A stretch of 63,950 nucleotides of DNA, filler included, from Platydemus manokwari (GCA_037951405.1; 6 parts of 6 records of this genome joined end to end with filler, not necessarily neighbours in it); one strand, 5' to 3'; positions 1-8,150 are shown, numbered from the whole stretch's first letter. Made by a program: numbers and translations. The notes: a model not told the origin generated them from the sequence alone.

Positions 1-661
1 TCTTACCTTTAGCTGCATTCATCGCTGGGGAGATCTTAGGATCAGGAAGGAAAGATGGGTTCCAACAGTTGACCACAACTCGACGTCCATCAGGATCTTC
101 TCTCAGAGTGTTCAGAGCGTAAGATAACTGATCGAACGTACTTCCATCAGGGTTTGGCCAGTAACGCCACTGATGACCGTATACAGGCCCCAGATCACCG
201 TCTTTAGCAACCGTGACATCCACCATGTTTGGAACTTCATGTTTGTCCAATTCCAGATTGATCTCATCTGGTTTTTCACTGGCAAACATCTGAAGTACTT
301 TACCGTAAGGCATCCCTTTCATTTGCGCGAAGTATTTCAAACGCTCAACAGCATTCAACTCTTGCTGAATGACCTTGTCACCTTTAACGGCAAACCCATT
401 CCAGAATGGACATCCTTTCTCTTTAAGAGGAGCGATGTTTGAGCTACCTGACATCATCCACAAAATCTCAACGATAGGAAGTTCCAGGTTAAAGAAACGA
501 CTCCAAAGCACTGGGTAGGATTCACGCAGGTCATGAGTATAGTGGATGGTTGGAAGTGAGATAACGCCTGTACCAGTGCGATCACCACGGCGCTGACCGT
601 TTTCGATGATGTTGTTCATTTGTTCCATGTACCAAGTTTCGTACTTGTTCAGCTTTTTCAT
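1..661 (-). CDS. thyA: Thymidylate synthase (5' part; runs off the window start)
   Basis: Not in the ORF track (no stop in window). ATG at 661 overlaps the upstream stop (ATGA). Translation MKKLNKYETWYMEQMNNIIENGQRRGDRTGTG...ILWMMSGSSN...FWNGFA...DGDLGPVYGHQWRYW...DQL...RRVVVNCWNP contains the ThyA motifs DRTGTG, GDLGPVYGxQWR, DQL and RRxxxxxWNP. Confidence 0.95.
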   Translation of the reverse strand, partial: MKKLNKYETWYMEQMNNIIENGQRRGDRTGTGVISLPTIHYTHDLRESYPVLWSRFFNLELPIVEILWMMSGSSNIAPLKEKGCPFWNGFAVKGDKVIQQELNAVERLKYFAQMKGMPYGKVLQMFASEKPDEINLELDKHEVPNMVDVTVAKDGDLGPVYGHQWRYWPNPDGSTFDQLSYALNTLREDPDGRRVVVNCWNPSFLPDPKISPAMNAAKGK

Positions 662-879
662 GAAATAACCCTATAGATAGCGTAACAGCCGTTGATAAAT
701 AAAGTAATAGCGCAAGCGGATACCAGAAGAGTACCGTTGAATTTAACTAATTTTACGATACGGTCTCTCTCGGCTTTGCTTAATAATCTTTCTGATAGTT
801 TATTGAGAAGACAGATGACATACATTATTCCCACTATGAGTAGGAATATATAAAGATTAGTTTTCGGATCCATCATCAT
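658..879 (-). CDS. Small membrane protein (2 predicted TM helices)
   Basis: ORF 658..948; more plausible start is MMMDPK after GGAAGG; two hydrophobic stretches; stop overlaps the thyA start. Confidence 0.7.
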   Translation of the reverse strand: MMMDPKTNLYIFLLIVGIMYVICLLNKLSERLLSKAERDRIVKLVKFNGTLLVSACAITLFINGCYAIYRVIS

Positions 880-1093
880 CCTTCCATTCTGCTGCTTTAT
901 AATCGATGACCGCAGAGATATAACAATAAATGAAATAACAAAGCGCAATCCCCATAACTACGGTTATCTTAAATAACATGTTATAAAGACTGACATCAGC
1001 TTTGATAGCATCTGTGGTAAGGGCGTAAATATTTACGCCCACAAAGATACCCAGTAAGAGTATAATACCTCTTGCCCAGTTGATACCTGTCAA
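857..1093 (-). CDS. Small membrane protein (2 predicted TM helices)
   Basis: 78-aa ORF with two hydrophobic segments; ATGA overlap with the upstream gene. Confidence 0.75.
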   Translation of the reverse strand: MTGINWARGIILLLGIFVGVNIYALTTDAIKADVSLYNMLFKITVVMGIALCYFIYCYISAVIDYKAAEWKDDDGSEN

Positions 1094-1308
1094 GTCGTTT
1101 TCCTTTTAGTGATAATGTATCGTATCGTCCAGATAAAGGCATCGAATACGACCAGTGCAATTTGAAAGGGAATGAGTGCTACGATAATCATCATAACTGT
1201 TTTATTGGGATCTAAACTAGACCAGCCAAACAGCACAGCTAATACTGTAAAGACAAAGACGAATGCATAACCGCTAAACCTACACAGCCTGCAAATGAGA
1301 TCCAACAT
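1090..1308 (-). CDS. Small membrane protein (2 predicted TM helices)
   Basis: ORF 1090..1425; start reassigned to MLDLICR (ATG 1308) behind a GGAGG SD; two hydrophobic segments and a basic C-terminus. Confidence 0.75.
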   Translation of the reverse strand: MLDLICRLCRFSGYAFVFVFTVLAVLFGWSSLDPNKTVMMIIVALIPFQIALVVFDAFIWTIRYIITKRKTT

Positions 1309-1813
1309 GTTCTGGTTTCCTCCAGGTTTTGAATTTACCCGATACGATATCTTCAATGGATACAGGAGCGTGATTAGGAAGTTGTTCCCAAGATACATTA
1401 ACATAACGTTCATCTTGGATAACATCCTGATGCAGATGTCCGTGTACCATTATCCGTCCTCGTAATTGGGAAGGATGTGAAGGACAATGCGCGACATAGA
1501 TAGGAGATTTCTTATGTTTATGAAATCCGCATAGCTCATCGAATACTTCTAAAAGATCGCGACTATTGTTTTCACGTTCTGTGTCATGATTTCCCATGAC
1601 CAAGATCTTCTTACCAGGAAGTTTCTTAAGGAATAACAAACCGCTATTAAATAACGCCATGTCACCCACACAGTAAACGATTGAGTTCTTACTTACTGCG
1701 CTGCACCACTTATCAGCATAATACTCCTGGAAAGCTTCTACAGTATCGAATCCACGACGTTTGCAACAAGCTAAATGATCGACATGTCCGTCTGCGCAGA
1801 ATAATGTATTCAT
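1280..1813 (-). CDS. Calcineurin-like metallophosphoesterase
   Basis: Motifs ADGH, VGD, MGNHD, AHCP and HGHLH in the order typical of phage metallophosphoesterases; start at MNTLFCAD avoids overlap with the upstream ORF. Confidence 0.9.
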   Translation of the reverse strand: MNTLFCADGHVDHLACCKRRGFDTVEAFQEYYADKWCSAVSKNSIVYCVGDMALFNSGLLFLKKLPGKKILVMGNHDTERENNSRDLLEVFDELCGFHKHKKSPIYVAHCPSHPSQLRGRIMVHGHLHQDVIQDERYVNVSWEQLPNHAPVSIEDIVSGKFKTWRKPEHVGSHLQAV

Positions 1814-1826
1814 GTACAGGCACCCT

Positions 1827-2228
1827 TTATGAAACTTGACCACCATAAGTCAAAGCGTTAAAAGTATCCAGACCACTATTGGCCATATGAGAAATATCTT
1901 TACGACAGAAGTCAAATAAGAAAATGATATCCTTCTTATAATGGTTCAAGATCGTATTATAAGAAGTGACAGCAGCAATCATTCCCACTTTCTTATTATA
2001 AAGAACTGAGTCTTCCAGGCTTTCTAAATCATTAGCCAGCTCTGCACGTAATGCATTCATTTTCTTCTTGAGTCTGAGCACATGAAACAGATCAAAAGAA
2101 GTGAAATACGTTTTCCAGTTCCGACTTGCGATCATTTGTTCCAATGCATCTTCAATACATCCAAGAAGATCAGTTTTGGAATGTTGAATCAGTGTACAAC
2201 GGTATTGCAATTCACTTTGCTCTTTCAT
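1827..2228 (-). CDS. Hypothetical helical phage protein
   Basis: 133-aa ORF with AGGA SD, abutting the upstream stop; weak similarity to the upstream ORF. Confidence 0.75.
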   Translation of the reverse strand: MKEQSELQYRCTLIQHSKTDLLGCIEDALEQMIASRNWKTYFTSFDLFHVLRLKKKMNALRAELANDLESLEDSVLYNKKVGMIAAVTSYNTILNHYKKDIIFLFDFCRKDISHMANSGLDTFNALTYGGQVS

Positions 2229-2632
2229 TATGATTTCCTATTAATTGATTCGGCAAGCAGCATAAATTCATTGAGGTATTTCAATGATGCTGTGTGTCTT
2301 TCTTTAAAGTTATGGTAAGATCGGTTAGCTACCGCTGCTGCTATCAGGGTATCAGGATTTTCTTTATACCAGGAATATTCTTCAAGTAGTTTATTAAGCT
2401 CAGGAACCAATTGAAGTTTTAATGCTAATTTACCTATCTTGCATTTAACAAATAGAATTGGTTTCCAGAAAGGAGCCTTATCCATCTCTATGAATAAAAG
2501 ATCGATTCCTTCCTTTAATTGAAGGAGTTCATCATGCCGTTCTTTAGCAGTACGATAGAGAATTCCATCTTTATAATCAGGTCTTATTTTAACTACTTCA
2601 TTATCAACGTAGAATTTACCTTCGACCATCAT
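2228..2632 (-). CDS. Hypothetical helical phage protein
   Basis: ORF 2228..2668; likely start MMVEG behind GAGGA; promoter-like motif upstream at 2662-2687. Confidence 0.75.
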   Translation of the reverse strand: MMVEGKFYVDNEVVKIRPDYKDGILYRTAKERHDELLQLKEGIDLLFIEMDKAPFWKPILFVKCKIGKLALKLQLVPELNKLLEEYSWYKENPDTLIAAAVANRSYHNFKERHTASLKYLNEFMLLAESINRKS

Positions 2633-2661
2633 TATTTCCTCATTGAAATATGTATAAAGTG

Positions 2662-2687
2662 TACACATTAATAATATCGGTTTGTAT
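2662..2687 (-). promoter_or_regulatory. Putative phage early promoter, copy 1
   Basis: Minus strand ATACAAACCGATATTATTAATGTGTA; matches the copies at 8199-8224 and 8915-8940; all three precede leftward gene runs. Confidence 0.6.
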
Positions 2688-2770
2688 TTTTATACAGGCA
2701 GATTAAGACATTTGAATCTTTTGGAACGAGTTCAATATACTCTAATGATTTCTCAACAGGTAGCCCAATC

Positions 2771-3376
2771 ATGATCACAGTAGCCGCTGTTAACAGCAAA
2801 AAGATAAATGATCCGGTGTTCTTGTCTGCCCGAAAGTTTATGGTTGATCGCATCGCCAGACTCGAGGCTCAAGGCCCCAGTGCAGAGTTAACCCTCGCCA
2901 AACAACGTTACGATGGTCTGCGTCACGAAGACGTAATGATCGAACCTCCAGTTACCTTCAACAGTGGTATTGTCCGTTGTTGTTTTCTATCTCGTAAAAC
3001 AGGTTTCTTCCGTGCTGATATCGAAGTCCATCCGGTACAAGTTCAAGAAATCTTTGATGAGTTCTCTGTAACTGTTACCACTTATGGAACACTGGAAGAA
3101 CTGATCTTAGCTGTTAAGAACGGTACACAGACAGAAGGCGTGGTCTATATTAACCTGTTAGGTAAACACGGTATAGTATTGCCAGCAGCTAAAGCTAATC
3201 CTGATGACGTAATGAAAATTATGGGTGATATCTATTGGGATCAGATTAAAACGAATACGTTAGCTGCTATGGATCCCACAACCAAAGCTTCTGGTGAGTT
3301 TAGTATCTCGGCAATCAATATCAACACCATGACTGCTCCACTTTACTTTATTGAAGATTTAAAAGCAATCGTGTAA
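2771..3376 (+). CDS. Hypothetical phage protein (possibly virion/late gene)
   Basis: 201-aa ORF on the opposite strand to its neighbours, ending at the convergent hairpin; no recognised motif. Confidence 0.75.
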   Translation: MITVAAVNSKKINDPVFLSARKFMVDRIARLEAQGPSAELTLAKQRYDGLRHEDVMIEPPVTFNSGIVRCCFLSRKTGFFRADIEVHPVQVQEIFDEFSVTVTTYGTLEELILAVKNGTQTEGVVYINLLGKHGIVLPAAKANPDDVMKIMGDIYWDQIKTNTLAAMDPTTKASGEFSISAININTMTAPLYFIEDLKAIV

Positions 3377-3391
3377 AATAAAATGAATAAG

Positions 3392-3430
3392 CATAACTCT
3401 AGGTACCCAATGGGTACCTAGAGGATTATG
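3392..3430. terminator. Bidirectional stem-loop terminator
   Basis: CTCTAGGTACCCA-A-TGGGTACCTAGAG inverted repeat (3397-3423) flanked by CATAA...TTATG, between convergent genes. Confidence 0.85.
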
Positions 3431-3435
3431 TTTGT

Positions 3436-3894
3436 TTAACTGCCATAGCGAGAATCTTCAGCTTGCAGTTCTTTTAGAGCGGTTTCCCAATCCTTCACTT
3501 TCTCCCATGTTAACTCAGTAACTAGATTACATGGGTATTTGCCTTCTGGCAAGAACATGTATACATTGTGAGGTTGGCCGTAAGCATCTATCGATATTTT
3601 ATAGATGTTCTCAATTTCTGTTAATGAGCGATAAACTTTGTCTAAAGATCCGTCAGTGTGAACCTGACAACTTTCTGATTCACCGTGCCAATGAAACAGA
3701 GCCGTTTTAAGAAGACGTTTAATAAACCCGCCTGCAGTAGGCCCCATGTTCACCTTGCGTTTCATATCCAGATGTTGTAAAGTATGGGTACGACGGCACA
3801 CTACCATTGCATTGACTGTTTTAGATGTTTCCAAAGAAGGAAGATCACCATTTTCTATAGCACGAACATAACCAAATAAAAACTTGAGTTCCAT
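3436..3894 (-). CDS. Hypothetical phage protein
   Basis: ORF 3436..3942; likely start MELKF just after the upstream stop. Confidence 0.75.
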   Translation of the reverse strand: MELKFLFGYVRAIENGDLPSLETSKTVNAMVVCRRTHTLQHLDMKRKVNMGPTAGGFIKRLLKTALFHWHGESESCQVHTDGSLDKVYRSLTEIENIYKISIDAYGQPHNVYMFLPEGKYPCNLVTELTWEKVKDWETALKELQAEDSRYGS

Positions 3895-3904
3895 TTTCAA
3901 TCTC

Positions 3905-4678
3905 TTATGAATAGATAACGAGGTTATTACGAATCTTGGCAATCATCTCCAAGACAGCGGTATTGGTTTCTAATTCAATGAAATCCGAATTTACCAGGTA
4001 CTCGTAAATTGCTGGGTTCCAGTCACTGCGAATACTGTTAGTGAAACGAGTAGAAGTATCCATGTCTTCATTACTGATCATGAACTCTACCGTTACTATA
4101 TCACGAACCAAATCGATCATACTGACAACACGAGTACTTGTGTTATTGATCTCGTGATAAATACCGCCTGCCAGGATGGAATCGTCAGGAACAGAAATAG
4201 CCATGACGGTCTTGAACAATTGACTATCCATCATCGAGTCAACAACTCTACCATCTTTATTAACCATATGGTTAAAGAGCCAGCTTTGTTCAACGCGGCA
4301 CATTTCAAATGGAACATAGCTATCGCCATATTCATTGTAACGTTTCCAATCAATCATTGGTAACAGGTCACCATGCATGATCACATCGGCAGTGGCTTTA
4401 CCAGTCATCATCACTAAACGGTCATAAACTTCTTGAGGAAGTTCATGCGTGTAATGAATACACTTTGTATCGGCTCTAAAGCGGATATCGTGTTTGCGGA
4501 TCAGGACCTTTGCAATATTCTCCCAACCCTTCTCATCACAGAAATTAGGAGAGTCATTAATCGGATTGAGTGGGATTGAAATCTCATGGTCAAAATTACC
4601 ACCGCCACGCAACATAACGCGGGACCACTGACGCCAATATTTATCGTATTCAAACCAATCCGTTAACTTGTTCTTCAT
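3905..4678 (-). CDS. Hypothetical phage protein (257 aa)
   Basis: Long ORF with GAGG SD; W/Y-rich N-terminus; no recognised domain. Confidence 0.8.
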   Translation of the reverse strand: MKNKLTDWFEYDKYWRQWSRVMLRGGGNFDHEISIPLNPINDSPNFCDEKGWENIAKVLIRKHDIRFRADTKCIHYTHELPQEVYDRLVMMTGKATADVIMHGDLLPMIDWKRYNEYGDSYVPFEMCRVEQSWLFNHMVNKDGRVVDSMMDSQLFKTVMAISVPDDSILAGGIYHEINNTSTRVVSMIDLVRDIVTVEFMISNEDMDTSTRFTNSIRSDWNPAIYEYLVNSDFIELETNTAVLEMIAKIRNNLVIYS

Positions 4679-4788
4679 TTTAATAACCTCTTTCTAAAAT
4701 TAATAAGCAGACTCGCTTCTTTACCCACTACCAAATCTGTTACTTTATCTTCAATGGCAACCTTGGGGCTGAAGGTTTTACCGAACAT
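4675..4788 (-). CDS. Possible 37-aa small ORF
   Basis: MFGKTFSPKVAIEDKVTDLVVGKEASLLINFRKRLLK; its TGA overlaps the ATG of the downstream gene; fills an otherwise empty gap. Confidence 0.4.
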   Translation of the reverse strand: MFGKTFSPKVAIEDKVTDLVVGKEASLLINFRKRLLK

Positions 4789-4837
4789 GAAGATCAATAG
4801 ATCCCTTCTACTCACACCCCTAGATTGCTTATTCAAA

Positions 4838-5131
4838 TTAACCTAACTCTTTTTCAATAGCTTCAAGTTCGGCTTGCAGTTTGCGTTCCCTTAATTCTTC
4901 CACCCATTCCTTGCACTCATTTTTAATACGGTTATGTACGATACTGAATACATCATCAACTAAGATCACCCGCCCAGACTTTAATGTAATTTTAACATGA
5001 GAGTCTGCTGGTGTTTCATATTTGTTGATCATCTCTACTTCACGAGGATCAAATGCAACAGGTCCACGACGGACTTTCTTACCGCTAAGGTCAATCGTTA
5101 TGCCTTCGAACGATACAGTTACATCAAACAT
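4838..5131 (-). CDS. Small beta-domain protein, FlbD/SwrD-like pattern, coiled-coil tail
   Basis: VAFDPREVEMI...HVKITLKSGRVILVDDVFSIVHNRI matches the hNxxxIxxI...TxIxLxxGxxhxVxExxxxhxxxI pattern; GGAG SD. Confidence 0.6.
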   Translation of the reverse strand: MFDVTVSFEGITIDLSGKKVRRGPVAFDPREVEMINKYETPADSHVKITLKSGRVILVDDVFSIVHNRIKNECKEWVEELRERKLQAELEAIEKELG

Positions 5132-5134
5132 AAT

Positions 5135-5557
5135 TTACTCCAAATCAAATATGGAACGGCGAGTCTTAAAGAACTCGGAAGCAGAACAAGTTATAGATAT
5201 AATACTTCCATCTTTAAAATAAACCATTGTTCCGCCTGAAGGATGATCAACCACATTCTTTACTTGGTCGCAAGGGACGTAATGAACCGAATGTATTGTA
5301 TCAGGTCTACGATGGGTGGCATTAGGAAAAAGTTGTGAAGTTTGTACGGCATGAGCGATATAAACTTCATGAAGTTCCCAAAAGTGGGCATCGCGAATCA
5401 TCGCGGTGATATCCTGATACTTACCCAGCACATGGTGTTTGGTGTTCTGATAAGTATTGATGAATACCTTCTTACCTTCCAGAGTGGTAGACTTGATGTC
5501 TTTTGTAAGAAGTTGGATACATCCATCTTCGGTTTCAAAAACTAATTCAGGTTTCAT
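5135..5557 (-). CDS. Protein with two tandem FlbD/SwrD-like domains
   Basis: IQLLTKDIKST...KVFINTYQNTKHHVLGKYQDITAMI and HYVPCDQVKNV...TMVYFKDGSIISITCSASEFF. Confidence 0.55.
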   Translation of the reverse strand: MKPELVFETEDGCIQLLTKDIKSTTLEGKKVFINTYQNTKHHVLGKYQDITAMIRDAHFWELHEVYIAHAVQTSQLFPNATHRRPDTIHSVHYVPCDQVKNVVDHPSGGTMVYFKDGSIISITCSASEFFKTRRSIFDLE

Positions 5558-5584
5558 TTGGGTACCTTTGGTGGTTTAGGACGT

Positions 5585-5965
5585 TTAGGAATTACTTTCG
5601 GTGCCAGGTTTGGAACTTTCCGTCCCATACAAACCTCCGGATAAGAACTGTTCCCGCATTTGGTTAACCAGCTCAAATGGATCACCATCAATCAGTTTGG
5701 TATTGTCACGAATCTCCGCCAACAACTGAATCTTGAGTTCGTCAACAGTATGTTGAGCTTCCCAAAGTTCTTTAAGTTTAGTTTCAATAAGTTCAGCAAC
5801 TTTGTCAACATGCATAGCTACACGTAGCGGTGAAGAACAACCTGCCGTATAGACATGTGTTATCGCTGGAGATTTAAACCCAATGGTGTCTACTGTAGTT
5901 ACATCAATATATCCATGGACACCGCCGTCAACCATGACCTTAATGAATTTAGAAATGTATTCCAT
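5585..5965 (-). CDS. FlbD/SwrD-like N-terminal domain plus helical tail
   Basis: KFIKV...GYIDVTTVDTI...THVYTAG..PLRVAMHVDKVAELI; ATG 5965 behind AAGGAG. Confidence 0.6.
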   Translation of the reverse strand: MEYISKFIKVMVDGGVHGYIDVTTVDTIGFKSPAITHVYTAGCSSPLRVAMHVDKVAELIETKLKELWEAQHTVDELKIQLLAEIRDNTKLIDGDPFELVNQMREQFLSGGLYGTESSKPGTESNS

Positions 5966-5974
5966 TACCACTCC

Positions 5975-6073
5975 TTAAGAAAAGAAGATTAAATATAAGA
6001 TACCGGAGAAAGCCAGTACTGTGATAATCAACAATACCCAGCTTGTGCGTTCACTAGGTGCATCGTGTTGCAT
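5975..6073 (-). CDS. 32-aa single-TM microprotein
   Basis: Below the ORF-track cutoff: MQHDAPSERTSWVLLIITVLAFSGILYLIFFS; GAGGA SD; fills the gap between its neighbours. Confidence 0.7.
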   Translation of the reverse strand: MQHDAPSERTSWVLLIITVLAFSGILYLIFFS

Positions 6074-6075
6074 AA

Positions 6076-6471
6076 TTATTCATCCTCAGGATGCCAGAAC
6101 CAATGGCGAAGAATAATCTCTCCGTTGTATCCATGTTGTCTGGTAAGTGCCTTTAAATCCAGATGCAAATTACCTTTGGAATCACATCCAGTTTTATAGA
6201 CGAATGCGTTATGGATACGTTTCTTGATTGCATCAATTTCCGGCTTAGTCTGCGGGAATTGGTCCAGGAACAGATCCAGCCAGGCAACTACATCTTTACG
6301 TTCACCATTGAAACGAAACTTATGTTGACCACCAGAGTGAGGGCAACCATAAGAATTAACAAGGCTTAGTAACCCATCATTACGATGGGCGTAATACAGT
6401 TCACAAATAGCTCGTGGCATCGCAGAGCTATGGTGATGTTCAGGTACGTCTAAATTCAGAAACACTTCCAT
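6076..6471 (-). CDS. Hypothetical phage protein
   Basis: ORF 6076..6546; likely start MEVFL behind GAGGA. Confidence 0.75.
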   Translation of the reverse strand: MEVFLNLDVPEHHHSSAMPRAICELYYAHRNDGLLSLVNSYGCPHSGGQHKFRFNGERKDVVAWLDLFLDQFPQTKPEIDAIKKRIHNAFVYKTGCDSKGNLHLDLKALTRQHGYNGEIILRHWFWHPEDE

Positions 6472-6475
6472 TTGT

Positions 6476-6697
6476 TTATCCTCGACATGGTTCGTTGTTA
6501 ACCTTTTTGGCGTTATCGATTTTAGTACGGATGGAAATAGTATCATCAGTACTATTAAGAATTACGCCACGTTTTAAAGTGACTTTACAACCTGGTTGAT
6601 AAGTTTTACCTGACAACCAGAGAATATCATTAACATCAACCTCGATACTTGGTTCAGGATGTCTTTCCTGATTAAGCTCAATAACTATCTTTGGCAT
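6476..6697 (-). CDS. Stand-alone FlbD/SwrD-like small protein
   Basis: IEVDVNDILWL...CKVTLKRGVILNSTDDTISIRTKI, 73 aa. Confidence 0.6.
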   Translation of the reverse strand: MPKIVIELNQERHPEPSIEVDVNDILWLSGKTYQPGCKVTLKRGVILNSTDDTISIRTKIDNAKKVNNEPCRG

Positions 6698-6698
6698 G

Positions 6699-7058
6699 TT
6701 ATTTATCCCAGCTAATTAAGTAAGCAAATTCACTGGTCTCGATTGCATCCAGAATCTGTTTAAGAGTTTCGATGACTTTGGTATAATTCTCTTTATCATC
6801 AAACTCAGCGGCAGCTCTTTCGGCAGTAAGATCTTTAATTAGATAGAACACCGAGTTATGATCAAGTACGTGGTAGTTACAATCCCATTCGGTAGATGGT
6901 ACATTGAAGAACTCACGGAACAAGTCGTTAAAAGAACAACGAGTGATACTGAGCACACGAGTTAACTTTTCATTTAACCCTTCAGCACAAAAGTCTAATA
7001 CCTTTGCATACTGAGCAATTTCTTTAGGACAAATGTGGATTTCTAAGTAATGGGCCAT
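6699..7058 (-). CDS. Hypothetical phage protein
   Basis: 119-aa ORF with AAGGA SD, packed between its neighbours. Confidence 0.75.
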   Translation of the reverse strand: MAHYLEIHICPKEIAQYAKVLDFCAEGLNEKLTRVLSITRCSFNDLFREFFNVPSTEWDCNYHVLDHNSVFYLIKDLTAERAAAEFDDKENYTKVIETLKQILDAIETSEFAYLISWDK

Positions 7059-7069
7059 TATGGAGTTCC

Positions 7070-7522
7070 TTATTGAACAAAGTTATTACGGATGCCGTTA
7101 ATCACAGTTTCAGGATCCAATTCAATAACTGCAATTGGAGTTTCCTGTTTAGCTGAGAATACGTATACAGCATCGGTAGATTTGTCTGGTGCAATCAAAT
7201 CACCAGTATAACCAACACGGTAAGTGATGTTACCGTTTGGAACGTAAATGTATTTTGAGGACTGGGTTTGATCAGCAGCGGTTTCAACAACGGCTTCAGT
7301 ATTATCAGACTTCAGATTCAGTTCAGGTTTAGTTGCACCAATTTTCCCAAATGAATAGAAAACATTGGTACCATATTGACAAACCAGTACTTCTTTAGTG
7401 TGCTTCAAGTTTTGACCATAATAGATCACATCACCAGGTGCACAACGATCACCAGGTTCGGCTTGAGCAGAGAAAGACAGAGCAGCGGTAGCAAACAGAA
7501 CAACAGCAGTTAAAGTTTTCAT
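7070..7522 (-). CDS. Secreted/periplasmic protein with Sec signal peptide
   Basis: MKTLTAVVLFATAALSFSAQA| (AxA cleavage site); two Cys; K.V.VC......YSFG....PEL pattern. Confidence 0.85.
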   Translation of the reverse strand: MKTLTAVVLFATAALSFSAQAEPGDRCAPGDVIYYGQNLKHTKEVLVCQYGTNVFYSFGKIGATKPELNLKSDNTEAVVETAADQTQSSKYIYVPNGNITYRVGYTGDLIAPDKSTDAVYVFSAKQETPIAVIELDPETVINGIRNNFVQ

Positions 7523-7751
7523 TTTATTTCCTTATTAACAAAGTTTTAGGTGTAACACTGAAATAGTATTACTCGGTAAACTCAGTTACCTGAGGTAGTT
7601 CAATTAATAGTTCTGCCAGTAAGTATACTAGCTTTATATTCCTTCTTGTTAAGTAATGTTTAAGGTTTGTGCTATCGTCTAGTGATAGCTAACTATAATG
7701 CTTCATAGGCCGTTCCTTCTTGTACTACGTGTGCCAAGGGTGAGTGTCTGC

Positions 7752-8150
7752 TTAGGCAGCGAAGAACTCTTCACGAGCCATTAGACCAGTATCAATAGCG
7801 ATACCAGCTTCAGTTATTAAAGCGCAGAGAGATGATACCAGACCTGCATAAGGATGACCCATAACGATATAAACTAATGTCAACCCAGCAAAGAAAGTAG
7901 AAACCCCACGATAGCTCTTTATGGATTGGTGATGAGCGTTACGTAATGCGTTACGTTTAACATCATTAACAAAACGGTATTCACCGCAGAACCATTTGGT
8001 CCAGCTGAATTTCTCTCCACCAGTGACAACAGTAATCTTACTGCTCTGAGTAGCAGTGATACGACGAACGTTCTCATCGTGTTTGTGGTTCAGAATACCT
8101 TTAACTGAACGGAAGAAGTTGATGATGGTAGCGAACAGTGATTTAAACAT
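7752..8150 (-). CDS. Hypothetical membrane-associated protein
   Basis: Amphipathic N-terminus and hydrophobic C-terminal hairpin; AAGGA SD; promoter motif upstream. Confidence 0.8.
   Translation of the reverse strand: MFKSLFATIINFFRSVKGILNHKHDENVRRITATQSSKITVVTGGEKFSWTKWFCGEYRFVNDVKRNALRNAHHQSIKSYRGVSTFFAGLTLVYIVMGHPYAGLVSSLCALITEAGIAIDTGLMAREEFFAA

Noticed and set aside
173-442. Plus-strand 89-aa ORF and similar antisense ORFs (2082, 4154, 4997, 5342, 6163, 8570, 9433, 10712, 11120, 28372)
   Set aside because: Shadow frames overlapping better-supported genes or intron structure on the opposite strand.
2668-2853. 61-aa minus-strand ORF
   Set aside because: Overlaps the start of 2771..3376 and the promoter motif; no convincing SD.
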